A DNA stretch of 64,000 nucleotides from Macrostomum lignano (taxonomy: Eukaryota): positions 186,001 through 250,000 of the forward strand of contig NIVC01000709.1 of NCBI GenBank assembly GCA_002269645.1. The letters are read 5' to 3'. The notes beneath the pieces were generated by a model. The model worked only from the letters and a program-made list of their open reading frames with translations, did no database searches and was not told the DNA's origin. The position numbers were made by a program, and so were the translations under genes. Of the stretch, positions 47,012 to 64,000 are shown piece by piece. Positions within the stretch are counted from its first letter, which is position 1. Every line of letters begins with the position of its first letter.

Positions 47012-50000
47012 ACGCAGGTGAGGAACCAAAGTATACACATGGGGATATCGGGGGAATGCAGGTGAGGAACCAAAGTATACACATGGGGATATCGGGGGAA
47101 TGCAGGTGAGGAACCAAAGTAAACGCATGGGGATATCGGGGGAATGCAGGTGAGGAACCAAAGTAAACACATGGGGATATCGGGGAATGCAGGTGAGGAA
47201 CCAAAGTAAACACATGGGGATATCGGGGAATGCAGGTGAGGAACCAAAGTAAACACATGGGGATTTCGGGGGAATGCAGGTGAGGAACCAAAGTATACAC
47301 ATGGGGATATCGGGGGAATGCAGGTGAGGAACCAAAGTAAACACATGGGGATATCGGGGGAATGCAGGTGAGGAACCAAAGTATACACATGGGGATATCG
47401 AGGGAATGCAGGTGAGGAACCAAAGTAAACACATGGGGATATCGGGGAATGCAGGTGAGGAACCAAAGTAAACACATGGGGATATCGGGGAATGCAGGTG
47501 AGGAACCAAAGTAAACACATGGGGATATCGGGGAATGCAGGTGAGGAACCAAAGTAAACACATGGGGATATCGGGGAATGCAGGTGAGGAACCAAAGTAA
47601 ACACATGGGGATATCGGGGAATGCAGGTGAGGAACCAAAGTAAACACATGGGGATATCGGGGAATGCAGGTGAGGAACCAAAGTAAACACATGGGGATAT
47701 CGGGGAATGCAGGTGAGGAACCAAAGTATACACATGGGGATATCGGGGGAATGCAGGTGAGGAACCAAAGTATACACATGGGGATATCGGGGGAATGCAG
47801 GTGAGGAACCAAAGTATACACATGGGGATATCGGGGGAATGCAGGTGAGGAACCAAAGTATACACATGGGGATATCGGGGGAATGCAGGTGAGGAACCAA
47901 AGTATACACATGGGGATATCGAGGGAATGCAGGTGAGGAACCAAAGTAAACACATGGGGATATCGGGGGAATGCAGGTGAGGATCCAAAGTAAACACATG
48001 GGGATATCGGGGAATGCAGGTGAGGAACCAAAGTAAACACATGGGGATATCGGGGAATGCAGGTGAGGAACCAAAGTATACACATGGGGATATCGGGGGA
48101 ATGCAGGTGAGGAACCAAAGTATACACATGGGGATATCGGGGAATGCAGGTGAGGAACCAAAGTATACACATGGGGATATCGAGGGAATGCAGGTGAGGA
48201 ACCAAAGTAAACACATGGGGATATCGGGGAATGCAGGTGAGGAACCAAAGTATACACATGGGGATATCGAGGGAATGCAGGTGAGGAACCAAAGTAAACA
48301 CATGGGGATATCGGGGAATGCAGGTGAGGAACCAAAGTATACACATGGGGATATCGGGGGAATGCAGGTGAGGAACCAAAGTATACACATGGGGATATCG
48401 GGGAATGCAGGTGAGGAACCAAAGTATACACATGGGGATATCGGGGAATGCAGGTGAGGAACCAAAGTATACACATGGGGATATCGGGGGAATGCAGGTG
48501 AGGAACCAAAGTATACACATGGGGATATCGAGGGAATGCAGGTGAGGAACCAAAGTAAACACATGGGGATATCGGGGGAATGCAGGTGAGGAACCAAAGT
48601 AAACACATGGGGATATCGGGGAATGCAGGTGAGGAACCAAAGTAAACACATGGGGATATCGGGGAATGCAGGTGAGGAACCAAAGTATACACATGGGGAT
48701 ATCGGGGGAATGCAGGTGAGGAACCAAAGTATACACATGGGGATATCGGGGGAATGCAGGTGAGGAACCAAAGTATACACATGGGGATATCGAGGGAATG
48801 CAGGTGAGGAACCAAAGTAAACACATGGGGATATCGGGGAATGCAGGTGAGGAACCAAAGTATACACATGGGGATATCGAGGGAATGCAGGTGAGGAACC
48901 AAAGTAAACACATGGGGATATCGGGGAATGCAGGTGAGGAACCAAAGTATACACATGGGGATATCGAGGGAATGCAGGTGAGGAACCAAAGTAAACACAT
49001 GGGGATATCGGGGGAATGCAGGTGAGGAACCAAAGTAAACACATGGGGATATCGGGGAATGCAGGTGAGGAACCAAAGTAAACACATGGGGATATCGGGG
49101 AATGCAGGTGAGGAACCAAAGTATACACATGGGGATATCGGGGAATGCAGGTGAGGAACCAAAGTATACACATGGGGATATCGGGAATGCAGGTGAGGAA
49201 CCAAAGTATACACATGGGGATATCGAGGGAATGCAGGTGAGGAACCAAAGTAAACACATGGGGATATCGGGGAATGCAGGTGAGGAACCAAAGTATACAC
49301 ATGGGGATATCGAGGGAATGCAGGTGAGGAACCAAAGTAAACACATGGGGATATCGGGGGAATGCAGGTGAGGAACCAAAGTAAACACATGGGGATATCG
49401 GGGAATGCAGGTGAGGAACCAAAGTAAACACATGGGGATATCGGGGAATGCAGGTGAGGAACCAAAGTATACACATGGGGATATCGGGGAATGCAGGTGA
49501 GGAACCAAAGTATACACATGGGGATATCGGGGAATGCAGGTGAGGAACCAAAGTATACACATGGGGATATCGAGGGAATGCAGGTGAGGAACCAAAGTAA
49601 ACACATGGGGATATCGGGGAATGCAGGTGAGGAACCAAAGTATACACATGGGGATATCGAGGGAATGCAGGTGAGGAACCAAAGTAAACACATGGGGATA
49701 TCGGGGAATGCAGGTGAGGAACCAAAGTAAACACATGGGGATATCGGGGAATGCAGGTGAGGAACCAAAGTAAACACATGGGGATATCGGGGAATGCAGG
49801 TGAGGAACCAAAGTAAACACATGGGGATATCGGGGAATGCAGGTGAGGAACCAAAGTAAACACATGGGGATATCGGGGAATGCAGGTGAGGAACCAAAGT
49901 AAACACATGGGGATATCGGGGGAATGCAGGTGAGGAACCAAAGTAAACACATGGGGATATCGGGGGAATGCAGGTGAGGAACCAAAGTATACACATGGGG

Positions 50001-51297
50001 ATATCGAGGGAATGCAGGTGAGGAACCAAAGTAAACACATGGGGATATCGGGGAATGCAGGTGAGGAACCAAAGTAAACACATGGGGATATCGGGGAATG
50101 CAGGTGAGGAACCAAAGTAAACGCATGGGGATATCGGGGGAATGCAGGTGAGGAACCAAAGTAAACACATGGGGATATCGGGGAATGCAGGTGAGGAACC
50201 AAAGTAAACACATGGGGATTTCGGGGGAATGCAGGTGAGGAACCAAAGTAAACACATGGGGATATCGGGGAATGCAGGTGAGGAACCAAAGTAAACACAT
50301 GGGGATATCGGGGGAATGCAGGTGAGGAACCAAAGTAAACACATGGGGATATCGAGGGAATGCAGGTGAGGAACCAAAGTAAACACATGGGGATATCGGG
50401 GAATGCAGGTGAGGAACCAAAGTAAACACATGGGGATATCGGGGGAATGCAGGTGAGGAACCAAAGTAAACACATGGGGATATCGGGGAATGCAGGTGAG
50501 GAACCAAAGTAAACACATGGGGATATCGATGAATGCAGGTGAGGAACCAAAGTAAACACATGGGGATATCGGGGGAATGCAGGTGAGGAACCAAAGTAAA
50601 CACATGGGGATATCGGGGAATGCAGGTGAGGAACCAAAGTAAACACATGGGGATATCGGGGAATGCAGGTGAGGAACCAAAGTAAACACATGGGGATATC
50701 GGGGAATGCAGGTGAGGAACCAAAGTAAACACATGGGGATATCGGGGGAATGCAGGTGAGGAACCAAAGTAAACACATGGGGATATCGGGGGAATGCAGG
50801 TGAGGAACCAAAGTATACACATGGGGATATCGGGGGAATGCAGGTGAGGAACCAAAGTAAACACATGGGGATATCGGGGGAATGCAGGTGAGGAACCAAA
50901 GTAAACACATGGGGATATCGGGGGAATGCAGGTGAGGAACCAAAGTAAACGCATGAGGAAATCAGGTGAATTGCAGGTGAGGAACCAAAGTATACACATG
51001 GGGATATCGGGGGAATGCAGGTGAGGAACCAAAGTAAACACATGGGGATATCGGGGGAATGCAGGTGAGGAACCAAAGTAAACGCATGAGGAAATCAGGT
51101 GAATTGCAGGTGAGGAACCAAAGTAAACACATGGGGATATCGGGGGAATGCAGGTGAGGAACCAAAGTAAACACATGGGGATATCGGGGAATGCAGGTGA
51201 GGAACCAAAGTAAACACATGGGGATATCGGGGGAATGCAGGTGAGGAACCAAAGTAAACGCATGAGGAAATCAGGTGAATTGCAGGTGAGGAACCAA
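47012..51297. repeat. 43-44-bp satellite AATGCAGGTGAGGAACCAAAGTA(A/T)ACACATGGGGATATCGGGG(G), ~100 copies
   Basis: Read directly; no unique spacers. Confidence 0.99.
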
Positions 51298-51537
51298 GTG
51301 AAATTAACTAACTTTAATTCAGTTCGCAGCCATGGGGTGAACATGCGGCGGTTATCAAAGAATTGGACCCGCAATTTACAGCACTGCGTGTCCAACTCGG
51401 CTCACTGATAAGGCCGGCAATGCAGTGCATGAGCTTATCACTGTTTGATAGTGAGACAAGACGGCTCGTTTTACTACCTGAATCCTGCACTGACTGAAAT
51501 AGCTTACGTGTGAAGCCAACTTGTTCAACTAAGGAAC

Positions 51538-52460
51538 TGGATTCTTCAGGGCCTACCCGCTACCCACCTTATTCTTCAGGGCCTACCCGCTACCCACCTG
51601 ATTCTTCAGGGCCTACCCGCTACCCACCTTATTCTTCAGGGCCTACCCGCTACCCACCTGATTCTTCAGGGCCTACCCGCTACCCACCTTATTCTTCAGG
51701 GCCTACCCGCTACCCACCTGATTCTTCAGGACCTACCCGCTACCCACCTGATTCTTCAGGACCTACCCGCTACCCACCTGATTCTTCAGGGCCTACCCGC
51801 TACCCACTTGATTCTTCAGGACCTACCCGCTACCCACCTTATTCTTCAGGGCCTACCCGCTACCCACCTTATTCTTCAGGGCCTACCCGCTACCCACCTG
51901 ATTCTTCAGGACCTACCCGCTACCCACCTGATTCTTCAGGACCTACCCGCTACCCACCTGGTTCTTCAGGGCCTACCCGCTACCCACTTGATTCTTCAGG
52001 ACCTACCCGCTACCCACCTGGTTCTTCAGGACCTACCCGCTACCCACCTGATTCTTCAGGACCTACCCGCTACCCACCTGATTCTTCAGGGTCTACCCGC
52101 TACCCACTTGATTCTTCAGAGCCTACCTGCTACCCACCTGGTTCTTCAGGGCCTACCCGCTACCCACCTGATTCTTCAGGGCCTACCCGCTACCCACTTG
52201 ATTCTTCAGGACCTACCCGCTACCCACCTGATTCTTCAGGGCCTACCCGCTACCCACCTGATTCTTCAGGACCTACCCGCAACCCACCTGATTCTTCAGG
52301 ACCTACCCGCTACCCACCTGATTCTTCAGAGCCTACCCGCTACCCACCTGATTCTTCAGGACCTACCCGCTACCCACCTGATTCTTCAGAGCCTACCCGC
52401 TACCCAACTGATTCTTCAGGACCTACCCGCTACCCACAGCTGATTCTTCAGGACCTACCC
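51538..52460. repeat. 30-bp minisatellite GATTCTTCAGGACCTACCCGCTACCCACCT, ~31 copies
   Basis: Read directly; register unbroken from 51541 to 52440. Confidence 0.98.
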
Positions 52461-53074
52461 TCAACTAGACCGGACCCTTCAGGCTGATATGTTATTCAAT
52501 CTTGAGAAAAAAAATGCTACTGGCACTACTTAGAAGCAGTAAAATCTTGCAAGCAAACATAACAAGCTTCGTCACGTGCACTATAATAGAATAACCTTCT
52601 GCGTCATTTTTTTGCACTGCGGGGGGTGGGGCTGTTATTGGCTTATTGAGCGAGGGACCCCAGCACACCATTGCTGTTCTTAACTGAAACAAACTCTACT
52701 CTCGGGGTGGCTGGAGGGGGTTTTCCGAGCTCAGCTCGCACGATGCCATTCGTTTGTCGGCGGTTGGGGTGGGTGGAGAAGAGAGAGAATGAGTGGACGA
52801 GTTGGAGGGTTCCAAAGCCATTGGTCTGAGCGACGCATTACTCACTGGAGCAGAGCCGCTTTGCGCTGGTGGGTGGCCAAACTCGCGAGCCCCATAAGCA
52901 GGCACTCCACGACCTTTCGCACGGCTTGCCAAGGCTTGGCTATTTCGGACCTGGCGGCCTGATTGGCAAGAAAAGCAGAGACTGAGACGGGGTGAGATCG
53001 CGAGCTGCTGCAGAAACTCCATCAGACCGCTGCTTTCTCTGGCAAAGCCAGTGCTTGACAGACTCAATATAAGA

Positions 53075-62038
<8,964 letters not shown>

Positions 62039-62295
62039 AGCTCCCGACGAGAAAAGTTCGCGGCGTCCTTTGAGCTTTGAACTTTGAACGACTCTTGTTT
62101 GTACGAGCGTTAAGTCTTCCTTGACTTCAGAGAATGTTTTTGCAGGTCAATTTATTCAGTCGAAACTAAATGGGCAAGCAATTTAAAGACGGAGTCTTTT
62201 ACAATTTTTAAAGACTCGCTGTCGCTACTTTCTGGATTTTGACGAATTTTTTGTTTTTGTTTTATTAGCTCATTTCTTTCTTGGGTAGCTGCTTC

Positions 62296-62661
62296 CGGGT
62301 CTCCCTAAAACACGTACCGCACCACCCCGCAGTGCTACACATTATAACATTTTTTGTCCATGCAGTATTTGATTGCAGAGAAAACTATTTGTTGTAAGAG
62401 TAACGAAATAAATACCATTAATTATTATATTAAACATTATTGTTATTCTTCTTATTTTCATTCTCATTATTAAATTACATAGTTATTATTTTATTATTAT
62501 TAATAATATCAGTATTATTCACAGAATTTTAGATTTTAAAGTAATAAAAAACATAAATTTATTAAACACTTAAAGCTTAACACTGTGTCTTAATTTAAAG
62601 CGCAATTTGTTTTAATTTGTAGCGTTGCTGGGCGGTGCGGCACGTGTTTTAGGGAGACCCG
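62296..62661. mobile_element. MITE (366 bp) with 44-bp TIRs and AT-rich interior
   Basis: CGGGTCTCCCTAAAACACGT... at 62296 vs its reverse complement ending 62661 (39/44 match); TSD CTGCTTC at 62289-62295 and 62662-62668 (8 bp GCTGCTTC if the right end is shifted by one). Confidence 0.9.
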
Positions 62662-63304
62662 CTGCTTCTTGTCTATGTAGCCATTTTCATAGAAAGTTAA
62701 AGTATGCACTTATCTTTGTAATTTTATAAATTCATTAACATTGAACTCCTAGCATGTCACAATTGAGGTTTTTTAATGAACAGTTATGACTTCTATTGAT
62801 AGATAAATCTTCAAGGGAAAATATCGAAAGTTGTACTGCATAGGAACTAATAATCATATTTATAATCAGTCTTCAATATCTCAAATTAGAATTCAATATT
62901 AACCTTAACCGATATTAAACTTCACGCAGAGCAGCTGAGAAGTTTTTGTGCATCTTTTTGTTAACAACTTTTTTCTGTAGATATAGAATCGAATTCCGCT
63001 CATCGCAAATTCATTTAGGCCAATATATGCGCCCTACAGTAGCCTAAAACTCTAGAAGCATATTTTAATTTCTCCATTTTATGAAAATTTAATAAAAAAA
63101 CTAACCACGAGTTTAAATGATTCCAATGCCAAATGTTAAGCACAAACATTTAGTGCCAATTATATTATATTCCTAAAATCTTCAATTGTACAACTTTTTA
63201 TTGTTTATTTACTGTTTAATTCGAAGTTCACGAAGGATGGAGTGTCGGACTCTGGGACTCGTGGAATGGGAAATGGCAGACATAAGCTGGCCTGCCGCAG
63301 ACCG

Positions 63305-63736
63305 CTGGTCACAGGTCACCCGCTCGAATTGGGTCACAGGTCACCCGCTCGAATTGGGTCACAGGTCACCCGCTCGAATTGGGTCATAGGTCACCCGCTC
63401 GAATTGGGTCACAGGTCACCCGCTCGAATTGGGTCACAGGTCACCCGCTCGAATTGGGTCACAGGCTCACCCGCTCGAGTTGGGTCACAGGCTCACCCGC
63501 TCGAATTGGGTCACAGGCTCACCCGTTCGAATTGGGTCACAGGTCACCCGCTCGAATTGGGTCACAGGGTCACCCGTCCGAGTTGGATCACAGATCATCC
63601 GCTCGAGTTGGGTCCCAGTCACCCGTCCGAGTTGGGTCACAGGGTCACCCGTCCGAGTTGGGTCACAGGGTCACCCGCTCGAGTTGGGTCACAGGCTCAC
63701 CCGCTCGAGTTGGGTCACAGGGTCACCCGCCCGAGT
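63305..63736. repeat. ~25-bp minisatellite GGTCACAGGTCACCCGCTCGAATTG
   Basis: Read directly. Confidence 0.95.
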
Positions 63737-63811
63737 TGCAGAAGGGTTGAGAGAAGAGTCCTGTGTCCAGGGTTCTGGATGCTTCCGGCATTCCAGTGCT
63801 AACAGGTCTCT

Positions 63812-63815
<4 letters not shown>

Positions 63816-63879
<64 letters not shown>
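63816..63879. repeat. (CT)n microsatellite
   Basis: Read directly. Confidence 0.97.
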
Positions 63880-63882
<3 letters not shown>

Positions 63883-64000
63883 AGTCATCAGTCAAAGTCA
63901 AAATCACACGTCGGTCTAAAATCCTCAGCGCAGATAGTCCCCAAGGTCAGTCACGTGATGCTTTCCGAGATCGTTGCCAGGACAGTCTCTCTCTGATTGG

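Noticed and set aside
46821-51395. 1300-1500-aa ORFs, or a CRISPR array
   Set aside because: Head-to-tail satellite with no unique spacers, no cas genes and a eukaryotic context; the ORFs are frame-cycling artefacts.
62192-62217. Hairpin GAGTCTTT...AAAGACTC, loosely resembling spliced-leader sequence
   Set aside because: Only an 8-bp stem; no SL donor or Sm site; likely chance in a 3' UTR.

Overview
Eukaryotic (metazoan) genomic DNA, not prokaryotic. GC3-rich exons, AT-rich spacers, GT-AG introns, a 7-repeat protocadherin and extreme minisatellite density fit a Macrostomum-type flatworm (inference). Four spliced genes were rebuilt by hand, each with consistent intron phases and a summed exon length divisible by 3 (two need a 1-nt correction): an STPG/ODF3-like PG-repeat protein (+, 1767-3257), a tandem-C2 synaptotagmin-like protein (+, core 19692-27371, probable 5' exon 12437-12842), a protocadherin (-, 30615-40072) and an SLCO/OATP transporter (+, 53075-62038). 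There is also a single-exon secreted mucin-like protein with an Arg/His/aromatic tail (+, 7652-10374) and an orphan terminal exon (6996-7199). Mobile DNA: two TIR elements with target-site duplications, a tRNA-derived CORE-SINE, a LINE 3' fragment flanked by telomere-type repeats and a decayed LINE remnant. About 30 tandem arrays account for most long ORFs in the track. Main leads: 15 of 17 introns hold a tandem array, nearly always a different one; a ~100-copy array whose unit carries a splice donor; an array built from a SINE A-box; a LINE piece embedded in (TTAGGG)n; and the mucin's cationic tail hidden by a frameshift.
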